Positions 35,701 through 49,567 of a stretch of 64,000 nt of DNA are shown one piece after another. The stretch comes from Catajapyx aquilonaris (taxonomy: Eukaryota). The stretch covers positions 1 to 64,000 of the forward strand of contig KZ538448.1 in NCBI GenBank assembly GCA_000934665.2. Direction: 5' to 3'. The first letter of the stretch is position 1. Every line of letters starts with the position of its first letter. A program made the position numbers and the translations under genes. The notes under the pieces were generated by a model. It was not told the DNA's origin. It worked only from the letters and a program-made list of their open reading frames with translations, and did no database searches.

Positions 35701-38700
35701 CTACCTGTGTGCACCTATGGAAGATACATGAAAAATTGATAAGGTGTGTACAGTAGTTGTGCGTTATTATGCAGTTTTTATATAATATATATTTTATATA
35801 ATGTAAGTTTAGAAGTGGTTTTGAAACTTTTTTTACTTTTGATGTTTGTAATCATCATTATCAAGCACATCACGATATTTCCCTGTGAATGCAGTAGTCA
35901 GAGATGAAGCGGGAGCTAAAAAGATTGCTTTGGGTCTGTAATGAGCTGCATTTGAAAAGAAACGCTTTAACTACAGTAGTTGCTTCTCATAGGCTTGTAT
36001 GAGGGAAATAGCCTTTAGAAAATCAGCCAGCAGGAAGTGCAATACAGGTTACTATTTTTCAACCTCTCTTGGTTATAGGATATGCTTATTGACTCATATG
36101 TAATTTCAAATTACTTCTGGAGTAATAAATAACGACGAGAAAGGTTTAAAAACTACATGGCATTAACACAAGTGACATTTCGCGAAAGTAATGGCAATTG
36201 TTGCATCACAATAAACAAGCTAACTTCAGTAACTCATTTTTACACGTAACTATTTTCGCTCGGCAAAATAGAAGTGGTGTAGATTCTATACATAATTTTG
36301 TAGCTTAACTTACATGACTTGATTCTGCATACAACGTATCACTAGAAAATTTCTCGCTTTATTGTTGTCGCATTTGCTTCTTGATGTTCACACATGGTGA
36401 AAAGCAGTGCAAATGCCATCGTCTGTTTCCATGGTGGCCCATATTATTAATTTGTCGCACGGGAAGATTTTGAATGAGCCCATTTTGATATTCCCGGTAC
36501 CGATATAACCCGAAACCCCACCGAGAAACATCCTTCCTTCTCATGCAAAATAATATCATTTTCGAGGAAGACCAAAAAAGAAGAAGAAGAAGAAAAAAGA
36601 AAATGTTACTCCCCTACTGCGTATCGGAAATTCTCACCTTTAGCATACAGCTCGTGAGTCGCGCTTAATGTGCGATGTGCAAGTTGATAATAATTGCAAT
36701 CTGGAACATTATTCACTCTGGACAAACAAAGGTGCGCAATGACGTATTAAGTGAGTCAGTCAGTACTGGTATATCGGTGTGCGCACTTTCTGCGGGCAAT
36801 TTCAGAAGTATGGAACATGTGACACACGGTATATTTCGGCCAAATATTTCCCATTTTCTGTGATTTTAAATAAAATAATAAATAATAAACAATAAAAATC
36901 CCTCTACTCTACCCGATTCATCTCACCTGTGAAATTAAGTGTTAGTGTTCAAAAAGTGTAGAATTACGACTGGCTATCAGATATGTAATTAAGTTCAATG
37001 ACCGAATTGTCGATTTACTTAAACAGCCTAACGACATGGCATAACATTGACTCTATACTTTTCCGACTTCGCTATGTAACCACTGAACCACATATTTACT
37101 AGTCTATCCATCGGACGTCGATATTTTAAATATTGATGACAGCAAGAGGAAACGTAAACATACTAAACGGAACGATCAACATTTTCTCCCATGCTGTCGC
37201 CTTTTTGGCCATTTTTAGAAGACGCTGTTATTTTTGTCATTATTTGAAGCCGGCATCAATGTACCGTACATGTGTGGCAGAACAGTTTCGGACAGATTGG
37301 CGCTAGCACTCTAGCAAGGTGAATCTGTGCTCTTTCACTCACAGGTTGTTATACTTTTTTTATTATTGACATACAGTCATATTGTCAATGCTGCGATTTA
37401 GCTTCTTGTAGCAAAGAACCAGTTCTGCTGACAGCGTGTGAGCAAATCGTTTCAAGTTCTTTTTTTTTGTTGGAATTGGATGCTTCCGGTTCTAGTATAG
37501 TAGCAACATAACTCTGTCTGCCACAAAGCGCAGTTCACAGGAGATAATCCCATTTCAATATCCCTCTTTCCCGTAAATATCGTAGAGCGGCATTCTCATG
37601 GGCGGAAAAGTTTCCCACCTGCGCCCAGTATATACCTTACAGGTCGATTGTACAGTACAGTACCTAGCGTGTTTATTTCCTCTAGCGGTGAATAGGCCTT
37701 ATAATCTCATCCGCAAGTGTGTACCGATAACGTGGTGACTTCCGATAAACACGTATATTCACAGCGGTTTTTATACATATAAAAAGTGAACTAGAAAGGT
37801 GCGGTATAGTACGACTTAATGATTTGGACTATAAAATTGTTGAGCAAGTTGTTTGAATTATTTAGGCCTTTTCTTGCTACGTATTTCGCAGAAGCTCGGC
37901 TGCCTGGTAATGTTGCGCAATAATAACTGTTGAGAATAATAATTAGATTCCGGGCGTGAAATTGTCTTATCAGCTAAGTTCTTGCCTCACATAAGTACCA
38001 CGGTCTATATTCGTAGTGAAATTGTTAGTGTATGTTGCAGCACTATCGGAGGGGGATATGATATAATAAAAAAAAAAATTGACACGCTGCCAAGGCTAGC
38101 ATTGGCGTTTATATATATTTCCCCCGGAGTGAACTAGACGTTGCTTTTTCGTCATTTCTGCTGGTAACTGCAAGCGACAATAACATGTCACCAACGACGT
38201 TGTTCAGCAATTCCCGTCACACATGACGTTCAAATAGTTTTTCATCACATGACAAATCAAATATTCCCCTGTCACATCTCCGTTCTACCAGTTCAATTAC
38301 AATCACATAGCGACACCGTTCCACACACCGCACAGGTGTAAGGGGGGGGGGGTCCTCTCCTGGAAAAAATAAAAATAAAACTGAATTTGCTGCATGCTCT
38401 GGAACCGTGTTCCTGGCTAAGATGACCGTGCGGGAGTTGTGGTAAACCAAGGACGGCATCCCTTTCCCTTTTTTGGGGGAGTGGGTGGGTGGGTGGGTGG
38501 CAAGAGGGGGGTCATTCACATTGCATGTGCCGCCCCCCAAAATGTTGCCGCCCTAGACGGTTTCCTGCACTATAGGTCCGGCCCTCTACAACTGCGCACT
38601 GCATTCATTTCACACACAGTTAACCGCCGTTCTATTGTATTTGCCATTCATGTATGGCCAAGTGCGTAATTGATTTTTTGTGTGTGTGCGTGCAAGGCCT

Positions 38701-38740
38701 GCCATCTTGCGCCGGAAATGCGCATTAGCAATTAAGACTC

Positions 38741-38793
<53 letters not shown>
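38741..38793. repeat. (TAA)n microsatellite
   Basis: Directly visible. Confidence 0.95.
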
Positions 38794-38794
<1 letters not shown>

Positions 38795-40369
38795 GGTTGG
38801 GGATTTTGTAGCATGAGGTAGCGTAATGGATGTAAAGTGCTAAGGTACACAGCAGAAAGAGATGTGTGTTACAGTGATTGGGACAAAAACATTATTGATT
38901 TTATGTTGGACGGATTAGAGGGTTTTAGAGTTATTGTTTGTGGTTATGGATTCTCTATTTGATCAATAGGAAATTACCGTGTTTGGTGTGTAAACAATTG
39001 AACGGACATGTATGCTGGAAAAGCGTTTGAAAGTAAATAGTAACAGACGGCCAAATTTTTTGTTTGACGGTAGAAATGTACCAGCTAGGTGAGTTGAGTT
39101 GAACGCGAGTTGGGAATGATCTGAAGAAATGTTGTAATGCAAATAGGAAATGGTTGGATTGAACTGGGAAATTGCCGGAATCAGTTTACTCACTGTATAT
39201 TGACACACAAAAAGGGCCATTCCGCCAATTACTTAACCTTGTTTTTGACGACTTTTGATTCCTCTCCTTCTGTGTAACATACCGTGATTTTAACTACGCC
39301 CTTACCCTTTCTTTCGAAAACGGTGTTGAAAAAAAAACGAGTGATTTTGCATTTTGGACGGAAAAATCCAGGTAAAGAAAGCGGAACTGTCTGGAAGAAG
39401 AAAAAGAAGAAAAAAAATCCGAAAATCACGCAGTAAATTAAAAACAGTTTGTTCCCGTGCACGACTTCTCTTTACGTGGCACAAAACGCGCAGTAAAACG
39501 GACAGTTCCTCCTCTCACTCTTTGCGGAAATTATGGAAGTCAGCTGGTCGTTTTGATCACTTACAGTACGTTGCCGATATATTTTCATGATTATCAGAAA
39601 TTACGTGTATGTGCTCAGAATACTTCATTTCATCTAGAGTATACGATATCATGAAATTATCTGCAAAATTACTTTTTAATTTTAATTTTAAAGTCTAAAC
39701 GACCATTCCTGCCATTACAAGTTACAATAGAAATGGTGACGTCATTAGGATCTAATGATAGTATAGTTGTAATGAACAGCCTAATGTCGATATTACGTGT
39801 CGGACCCATATCTTGCATTTGACTTCACAGCTTGACTTCATGATGTCAGTGGGTGTATAATTTTCCGCGAGTTTGGAGAACGTTGAGGAAATTGGGGATT
39901 GCCATTATATAGGAACTTGGGAATTTACTGACATCAGTGGTTTTTATGACCGGGGGCCAGGGTGCCAGATATTGCTGGATCGCTGCCAGAACATCATTGG
40001 TCGCTTTTCCTCGTGAGTATACTGGTGTTTCATCGTGATTCAAACTTCTAGGGTGAACTCATGGGCAACGGAGAATCACTTTTTGTGTGGATGTGTCATT
40101 TGGTGTACGTAGTCTTCTTACCAATTAAATGGACTTCAAACGCAAGATATTAATGTCATATAAGGTATGCAACCCTCTGGGAGACCTTGGCTTATAAATG
40201 TGAAATTAACGCACAATTTTAATTTATGCTGCGATCTCATTAAATGTAGGAATCAGTACCCGAGGCCATGGAAGTGCCCTATAAGTTGTATCCGCGACAT
40301 GATGAAGTCATTAGCTAATGATAATGATATCAATAATGATGGACCTGCGGAGACCAAATGACACCTGTA

Positions 40370-40793
40370 CAGTGCTGGACATTCTTTCCGTCATACTGCT
40401 AGCGACATTTTCCGAAGCGGCAGAAGTGCAAATCGAAGTGATAGAGTGCGAGCAAGAAATGGTAGCCCTTGGGAGGGAGACGGAGTGGCGCCGCGGTAAC
40501 GTGCGCGCCCACGGATGTTAAGGTCCCGGGTTCGATCCCAACCCGGGGACACCCCCTTCATCTCGTGCAGAGTTCAAGGGTCACCTCTGGCTTCGTCTCG
40601 GGTGGTATATCCACAGACTAAACCACCCGGGGGAGTTCACTAAAAATGGCCACATAAAGACATTGCACTGCACCTTGCACATCCCCTCCTGTCATCCTGC
40701 CCGTGGGCCCGGGCGCTTCGAATATGGCACCAGCATGTATACTTCGATTGAAATAAAGGTCCGTGCAAATACCCTCTGGGTGAGCACTATCCC

Positions 40794-40839
<46 letters not shown>

Positions 40840-41021
40840 GTAGCCCTTGGGTGATGTCACTGGCTGGGGACAAGCCTTTTCTCCATTGCCCCCCAGCCGG
40901 TGACGTCACTCAAGGCCTACCTCTTCTTACTCGCACGGCTCACACTCTATCACTTCGATTAGCACGTCTGCCGCATCGGAAAATGTCTCTAGCAGTATGA
41001 CGGAATTAATGCCCAGCATTG
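40370..41021. mobile_element. Tc1/mariner-type palindromic MITE, copy 3, interrupted by a SINE
   Basis: TA|CAGTGCTGGAC...GCCCAGCATTG|TA. The arms match 17298-17583. Confidence 0.9.
40474..40835 (+). mobile_element. tRNA-derived SINE with a (CAA)n tail
   Basis: B box GGTTCGATCCC and a 16-bp TSD AATGGTAGCCCTTGGG (40458-40473, 40836-40851). Confidence 0.93.
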
Positions 41022-42492
41022 TACATGAAGTTATTTTAAGGAGTTCATCCGAATATTGTCTGAATCATTACGAAACACCCTTCACATACAGTACACGAGT
41101 ATAAATAGACTGAATTATTTCTGCTCATTCGGATGGAAATTCCTTCAGGTTGTCCCAAGAATTATTGAACTGGAAAACTAATTGATCATAAAGGTCTAAA
41201 TGACGAAGACCAAGTAATTTGTGCCTTAAGGATTTTCCCGAGCCGTAACATTTGAACAGCCAAAATGGAGAAGTTGTTATTTTAGGGCGTTCGGACGTGA
41301 TTCACCTAATTATGGAATTGGAAGTGTAATTGGCCATTTGTACAGATAGCCGTTTTCTTAAAGGGGGCGAAAACATGACTGTAGGACACTATATTAGGAG
41401 ATTTATAACAATATTTATCTGATATCACACCTTATGACACCGTCTGGGCTCTCGGCTCGCCGCTCATGCCCATTGAGTTCTATAAAAGTATAAAATAATA
41501 ATATACTACTGCCGAGTAAACATAGGATAAATATATACCCTCGCTCCTTCTTCATCTGACTCACATGCAGTTTCTCCAGTGGCCTTGCGTGTCCATTGCT
41601 TGGCAAAGGTGTGTCCCATTCCTTTCGCCCCCAAAAATGTTCGAGGTTATTATGACTGAACTATAGTATACCGACCGAAGCAAAAGTAGGCATTATAGTC
41701 CCTAAAGCTAAAAGCATCTCGATCGACACAAACATGTCTGCGTCCATTGACTTACTGTACAATATCCTTTCCCAGAAAAATGATACCGATATAGACGTCT
41801 AAGTGCTGCAGACTCTAATATTGTTGCTAAGCGACCGCCTTTTGCTCATGACGATTACAAAGGACACTGCTGGAGATTGGACACTAATATCATGCCAGAG
41901 ACGGAATTCCAGGCTCGTTAGATGCGATCGTTATAAGGTGACTGCGTAGGATTTACAAGGGTGGCCTAGGAAACACAGTCATATACAATATACTAGGTCA
42001 TATGACATTTCGAGTACATTTGCATTTTATAAGCACGGCGTACATTAGCCTTTGCAATAACTGGCAATTATGCTTTCAGGTCACTTGGTAGTTACGAAAC
42101 GTACTGCCAGGAGGAGCTGTTCCGATCATTACATGGGAAACAGGGTTATGGCGCTGTACGGACTGAATCCATATTCATTCGCTCCTGATTTAATGTGTGA
42201 ATACGTTAGTTCGCGGTATCAAAACAGATCACGGTAACATTAAGGCGATAAGACCCCGCGATCCTGTGCAAAGGAACTTCGCTGAAGGAAGACTTGGCGA
42301 GAATGCCTGTATGAGGCGCAGTATTTGAATCACCCGAGCTTTCGACCTCGCCTAGATGTGCGCAGGCTTACAAAACCAATTCTGAAACTAAGGCTTGGAA
42401 TCGAGGTTAAGCTTAAGGGTAATGTCGAACAAAGGAAAATACGTTTATTTTGGTCACATATTCAAATTCGTTTGTTACATAGTTACCATAGG

Positions 42493-42714
42493 CAGTGATG
42501 GGTACAAATAAGTTCAAAATTGAAATGATTCGCGAATTGCACTGTTCCGATGAATTTAAAGGAATCGAATGGAAATAAATAGGAAGTGGCTTGAATGAGA
42601 CGAATTGGAATGGCGAATTGAATTGAAGTTGAATGGGAATGGATTGAATAGCATGCGATTGCCCAATGGATCGAATTCCATTCATTCATTTTCAGTGATT
42701 CGTGCTCATCTCTG
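42493..42714. mobile_element. hAT-like MITE
   Basis: TIR CAGTGATGGGTAC / GTGCTCATCTCTG and a degenerate 8-bp TSD ACCATAGG/TTCATATG. Confidence 0.65.
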
Positions 42715-44328
42715 TTCATATGTCATCAAGACCTATGTCGTTGTTGCCGTTTCATTGTTAACAATAATCAGAATACACCCTCAGTGGAAGTTCTACTGCA
42801 CGTCAGTATCGCAATCCGGCTTCAGTCTGGATATAGAAATTCCGATTAAAGATTGGCTGTATACCTAGGCCAGGAAGCCATATTGACTTCATGAAGTCGA
42901 TATATCGCGGTTGTGTAGCAACTTGGCCACGTAACTAATGCTTCCCTCATAAATCGCCTATATAGGGAATCTACATGAGAAAATAAAACGAGCGTGAATA
43001 TTGAAAGCCCCCGAAGCCGTATACTACAGTTGCTTCGTTTCATGCACGTTGACCAGGCTACCAGCAAGCGGGGAACGCATATATCGTATACCGCGAAGCG
43101 TCTTATTGATCCGCTGTTATAAATTGTCCGTGGAAATCTGCCACGTGGAGAAGGAAGGAAGATGCGTGAGGCTGAGGTCGAAGTCATCTACTTGACAACG
43201 CATAGTGGAAGTCCTGTTACTGCGGCAACCTTGTTAGGCACATTAGCCTGTGGCAGCCAGCAACTCGTAGGATCGTCTGATTAGGAGCATGCCACCAACA
43301 GCGGTGCCGCAGTTACCTGCCAAGTTCAGCTGGGTTCACGCTGATTGGGGTCTACAACCATAACAACCACAGACAAAGACTTGGTTCAAACCCTTTGAAT
43401 CCAAAGACTGAAATTCGTCCGGCGGAATTCTTTTCGTCCAGAGATTCTTGTGGAAAGAACAAAGACCCAGTTGCATGCTGGGGGTAGACCATCCGTGCTG
43501 CAACTGGTCTCCGGACGAAATTGTGGAAAGATGAGTTGTGTTGAGATGATTCATTGAGCTGACACCAAGTATGAACAAGCAATTCTGAATCTGCTCTGAA
43601 TCATGAGGGAATTCCAACTCACTATTTGCATTCATTGGTCCCGAAGTTACAGAAGAAGCCGTATGCGGCAAGGGCTCCAGACGCAGCGCTGTTGTGTCGT
43701 AGCAATGCGAGTTATTCCCCGTGACCGAGTGTTCGGTTGAGTCGGTCCGATGAAACGAATGCCAGCTTAATTGCGAGGCCGGAGCAATATCGTGTGACGT
43801 GGATAATATGAAGTTTCACCTGAGTATACAAGTAACGACACTGGTTTGTTGTTGCTGAACTAGCAGCAGCCCCATTCAGGAAAGAAGATGTGCAGAAGCA
43901 GGGGCTTTTTTGGAAAATGTGATTTCGAATTTTCTCAATATATGATATTTTTCCACTCTACTCAGAAAAGCACAGGGTTGATTTTATTGTGTGGACCCTA
44001 ATCGTATTTCCGTCTGCAAAAATCCTCAGCCTCAGGCCAGGGAATCAGGAACTTCCGGCTGCCGTTTTTATGGCTGCTATTGGGAAATGCATAACAACTG
44101 ATTAGTAATATTCAACGAGGCCACCGCCTTGACTTCTAAGATTTATTAGCTGTGTTATTGTGCCTGAACCCCACAGTTCAGTGAGTTCGCTGATTATTAT
44201 TATACGGTGAAAATTTTCAAGGGGCTAATGTAATGAGAAACGGTCGCCGCATGTACAGTACGAGTCGGTGTTATACGTTGACAAGAAGTTGCAAAAAATA
44301 TGAATTTTCGGAATATTGTGTGTGGATA

Positions 44329-44616
44329 CAGTATTCCCTACGAGTTATAGGTTCAAGGCCCCCGCGAATACGTGAAACCGCGGATAATACCGCACCCTAT
44401 AAATGTACGTTTTTAAACACACAAACCCTACCTATGGTACAGTTTACGTTTAAAACTATTCACGTTGAGATTAACAAAAGCAACAATAAAATAGAATCGT
44501 TATAACAATGCAAGTGTACTGCAATAAAAATACGTATTTTAAATTAAATATCTTTATTTCATATTTAATATTTTCAATGCGCGGATAACTGAAACTGCGG
44601 ATGCGGAGGAACAATG
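44329..44616 (-). mobile_element. Tigger-type MITE resembling MER44A/Tigger7
   Basis: TA-flanked. The minus strand reads CCGCAGTTTCAGTTATCCGCG...ATTGTTATAA..TTCTATTTTATT...TTGTTAATCTC...TATAGGGTGCGGTATTATCCGCGGTTTCA, co-linear with the MER44A consensus as recalled. Confidence 0.7.
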
Positions 44617-44618
44617 TA

Positions 44619-44706
44619 CAGTTAAACCTCGATATAACGCTCTCCAAAAGTAGCGATATAAGCGGGATAGCGTTATATGCGGGAGCGTTATATCGAGGTT
44701 TTACTG
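44619..44706. mobile_element. 88-bp pogo/Tigger-type MITE
   Basis: 24-bp TIR CAGTTAAACCTCGATATAACGCTC / GAGCGTTATATCGAGGTTTTACTG with TA on both sides. It sits at the terminal TA of the preceding element. Confidence 0.9.
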
Positions 44707-46233
44707 TATATTCAATAGGTTTTTATATTGAGGCCCAGGTTCCCAAGGAAATAATATTTTTATGTGCTGTCCATACCTTTGCCTATGTCGTGCAAAATGA
44801 AACGACTTTAAGTGCAACCTGTAATTGCCTATTTGCGAGGGCCAAAAATAACGTAACTGCAAGGCATGATTTGAAATTGCAGAGATTCTTTCGCGGTCTC
44901 TTGCTGATGAATCACCCTCTGGCGCGTTTGAGCGTTTGACGTTGAGAGTCGTAGTGTGAAACGTCGTATATAGGTCTACGTTTCCTGAACTGTAGCAGGG
45001 AAGCAGCATTGTTGAAACATGTTAACTTAAATACCTTGCCTAAAAATATAGGTACAATTTGTTTTATCCCATTCGGTTTTTTAAAAAAGTTCACATCAGG
45101 CCACAATATAGTTGCCCACAAGCGGATTTCGCTTATCAACTACGTATACTGTATAAGTTAACTATTCCCCAAATTAACTTCGCTCACAGGTTCCCCTCAG
45201 TGGACCTGTACAAATCGAAAATACGCGCACAAAACGGCCCAAACGTGGCCCAAACCCTACAGTGCCATTAGTATTCTCACGCCAGTTATACAATACCACT
45301 TATGTTAGAATAGCAACTACTCGACTCGGCTAAGCTGAACAACAATACCATCTCACTGCATAAGGCACGGTGTGTAAATTATTCAGACCTTGCCTTCAAA
45401 CAAATCGTTACGTACGACACCGCTTATTGCACCTTTTCATGATCCAAGTTTCAACGATCTGACCATTGAAAGATGTGATTATTACACCGCACCTGATCAT
45501 TACACCCATAATGAGAGATAAGCCCGTAGAATTGGTGGTAGGCGCCATAAGTGAATTGCGTCACTCTTTTCCCCTCTATAAGTGAAAGTGGAGTCTCCAC
45601 TGCGGTCTCTTTGTAAGGCAAACGCAATCTTTACCTCTCACAATCTGCGTAACAAGTATGAATGAAATAGCCAGGACCCTAGAGAAGGTGTAGAATCGGC
45701 GTGAAAAAAGGCGGGTAATCCGAAACGGGGAGTGCTGCTACAAAAGGGTTGTTTTCTCCCTTTCTTCTCTCCAGAGGCTGATTCCGGTCCCTTTTCAACC
45801 AGTGGCATGTGAGAAGGTCTGCGCATTGGCCTATGACTCAGCTTGCGCAATGTCTATACTATTTCTGTACTTGTTTCTCACCGATGTGATGCACCCATTG
45901 TTGGTTTAGAGTTTGCAGTTCATATTCGGACTGTTGTTGATGTATAGCCGGACACTGTACTGGTCTTATATGACTATCGGACACAGGAGAGATGTAGGTC
46001 CTAGTGTGCAAAAATAATGACTGCAAATGTGGAAAATGGTGGAGGGTGTACAAAATATTAGTTTTGAATTGCTTACCAGTTGCGGATATTTATCCCACAA
46101 CAGGCAAATGAATATCACACGCTTATGTCGATCATAAAAAAACAAATCCTAAAATATTCTTAGCATATCTTAACCTAGATATGCCTAAATTATTTTTCTG
46201 GTTTTCTTTTTTTGAGCAAATGAAGCACTAACA

Positions 46234-46438
46234 TCTATATTATTAATACCCGAGTGGTGTCAAAATTTAGCCCGCGTTTTCTATATTTACAATATATATA
46301 TGGAAATAGTGTCGAGGGAATTTATAAAACGCAAAAAACGCCGACCGCCTTAAAAAAACGCCTGCGACCTTTCCAAGGAATTCCCATTTCCGCCGTTCGG
46401 ATGTCGCTGCCTAGTCAGCGTCTCTCTCTCTTTCTCTT

Positions 46439-46471
<33 letters not shown>

Positions 46472-46534
46472 TTCTCTCTCCACTTTAGCAATTTTGCCAA
46501 ATTTTTTGCCAAATTTTGGCAAGTTGGTGCCTAG
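46234..46534 (+). mobile_element. Non-autonomous Helitron
   Basis: A|TCTATATTATTAATA start, internal (CT)n, 3' hairpin TTGCCAAATTTTGGCAA and CTAG|T end. A second copy starts at 49568. Confidence 0.85.
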
Positions 46535-49500
46535 TAATGACTTTAAAATCTTACTACTGTATTGTACAAGTGTCCTGTATGTAGGACTCCATCTGGGTTG
46601 AAACCAGAAGATTCCGGCAGAATACAAAATTCCGAATCCAGATCAGGCAGAAAATCTAGAAGCATGGATTGGCTACTCCGAAGTTTGGAAACGGATTTAT
46701 CATGATTCAATGCGGATTTGAGGACTTGGCGAATTTAATTACAATGTACAGTACACTACACCGGATGGAATAAGAACTTGTTTTCCCGTGGGCTTGAACT
46801 ATGCAACGGAATCCCTGGCAACGACCTCTCCTCATGAACTCCGGTAAAATATCTTTAATTCTAACTTGGTAATTTGAAGTTGCCATAATGATTCGAATGC
46901 ATCAGCGAGTCACAGGGGAAGTATACTTTAACCTGAAATATGACCTCATTAATTCGAAAACACGGCAATGTGAGACTCGGTAAGTGGTCCCGGACTGTGA
47001 CACCGGTCGGAGGCCCGGCACAATAATATTCGAATATGAGTCGCAGAAAGCCCCACCCTTCGTTGCTGCCCGAGTAATATTGACCTAGACATATTTTGCG
47101 TATGAAAAGGGAGTCATAACCAAGATTAGATAAGGCGTTTCCTGCTTAGTGACCCGTATACAGTACACATGGCGCACTGTTTTGTAATATGATTTTTTTA
47201 TTATTTCAAAGGTATGTTGTTGTAACCTAGGTCAGCAGTCATCGACCTCGTTTACAGAACAATTTTTAAAATACACAACCTTGTATGAATTATTCCTATA
47301 TAACCCTACGCATTTTACAAATTATTATAAGCACTGTACAGAGTGAACTAATAAATCAGCCATTTCATGAAATGTCTTTACGAAATCCTTTGGGCAGGCA
47401 GAATTCCTGTCGGTTGAAGACCTCTGGTGTAGGTCATGGTGACATACTGGGTTGCCCAGGCTTCCAGGATTATTTTTGTGCCATGCAATACAGCCAACTG
47501 ATTTCTCTTCCTTCTGCAACTGCTGATGGGAAGACCCGATTCCATAAACAGATAAAGAGCAAACTATCTTGGTATATCCGTTAGGGCGGGATCGCGTGTC
47601 CCCAACGTCTTGTTTGTTTTTCTGAAGATGCAGTAATCATGCATGTGTTTTTCTTGCGGATTGGACGATCGTGTCGGTGACTTTGATGACCGACAACCGG
47701 GCGTAATCCGGTCCCCAACCGTCAACTCCAAGCGACTTGAATTTTTCAGGTGCTCCAATGTGCACGAAATAGCATTGTTGTTGTACATTGTGTTCTATCA
47801 ATAGGCGTGACTACTGTGCCACTAGAGGTCAAAAAATTTATCAACCACGCGGTGTAAATCAGAATGTTGAATGTTGATTAAAATGTAGTTCCGTGCGCAA
47901 GAAGTTAAGCACCACTTTCCTGTACCGTCAACATCGTCGCAATGGAATGGCCGACGTGATGACGTATTGTCTTGTACTATGCAAACTGAAGATCATGTGC
48001 TCCTTTTTTTATTGCGTCACTTTGCTGCCATAAGCAATCGCTTAAGTGCACTTGGCGTGCATGTAAAAAAAGTTTTGATGACCATAACACGAAACTTAAA
48101 AATAATATTAAAAAACACAATTCTGGTTTGTTATTCCGGGAGCTGTTTGAAAGAACGTAATCATGCTAATGCTGCACATGAGTTTCAGAAATGAACTATA
48201 AGTAACGACACTTTTTGTAATTCCATGACTTAAGTTACGCATTAGTCGTATTGTAGAACTTGGAGTTGTGAACATATATTTTTGTGTCATCAAGGCGTAA
48301 ATACATACTCCTTACCCAGTACAGTCGCGTGTATGTATGGCAATGACTACACGACGCGATTCTGATGACGCTGTGACCATTAGTAGAACCAACCTGTAAA
48401 TGGACCGGGGCGGGGGTATGATAGCTGTGAATTAGGAGGCGCGTTGTTCGAATGCTGAAATAGAAGTTTCCTGTTACCGTTACCCTACTTTTCCTGCCAC
48501 AATATGACCAATTGTTTAGCCATTTTGCCAGTGTTAGCATAGGACAGCTGTGGCAAAATTCACCTCTCTCGGTGGAATTGCTACACGCAGCACAAAGCTG
48601 CGAATGATAAAATGGCCACTTTTCTCTGCTCCACCAATAATAAAATTAGGGGTTCCACCAAGGGCGTAGAATTTTCCAGTGTGCTAATATTTGACTGAAC
48701 CTGCCACAATAGCTAATCGGACGGACATTTCGTGGCGACTTACCTGACCTAACCTAGCCTCTATTGGCCTAAATCCATCATGAGTGAGATGTCACGATAG
48801 AGAGCACGACACCAACCATTAGCCGACCACCCTAGTTCAAAAGTGCATTCCGATCGTTACACGAGGAACAGCCAATGACTTGCTTTTTTACACGGGGATG
48901 TCTGGAAAATAACTCCCTTGGCGAACACCCGTATCCTGGCTATTTACCCATGGCAACTTTAGTTATCTAACGGATAAAGTTATCTCATGTAAATTCACTT
49001 ATCGTTGATAACGTTGTCAACATCCAGTCTCATACAGGTCCCGTAAGTGTCGGCCCCTAAATATTGGCAATCCGCCGTACCTTTGAGTTACACGTCACAC
49101 TCCATGCTTGCAAGTGTTTGGATTGAATTCGGGTTCGGCCTGGACTGAATCACAGGAGAGAAGAATAATTTGGTTGTGTTGGCTTCCTTACACGCTTCCA
49201 GGATTTCTCCGCAGTGTAAACGTTGCACTGGTTACAGTGTATCGAACGCCTTCTTGTCAATGGCAGGTCACAGTCTGGTAAACATTGTGGTACGAGCAAA
49301 GAAATTATACGGGAGGTTCAGAGTTGAAGCCACTCCCTGGCGCCGACATTCACTAATGTAGTTTTGTCCGACACTGTCGCGGCAGGGCACCGAAATAATG
49401 AAGAATATCGAACTACAGTACTAAATCGTACTAAAGTGAAACAGTTCGCCTGCGTGAGTGAATTGATAAGAAAACAACCGACGAGGTTTTTTATTTATAT

Positions 49501-49567
49501 AGTGATATATAGGGTTTCATAATGATAGGAAGGTGTGCATTTTTGGGCCGCTTTGTTACTGAGATAA

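Noticed and set aside
39074..39088. 15-nt phase-1 microexon candidate (EMYQL)
   Set aside because: The acceptor (GACGGTAG) is weak and the site lies within a degenerate CAGTGAT-type repeat.
44904..44990. Hammerhead-like CTGATGA...GAAAC with a stem III
   Set aside because: Stem I cannot be paired and stem II is poor.
45775..45808. 34-nt exon candidate after a strong pyrimidine tract; also a partial miR-133-like string
   Set aside because: It is frameshifting with a mediocre donor. The miRNA match is partial and has no hairpin.
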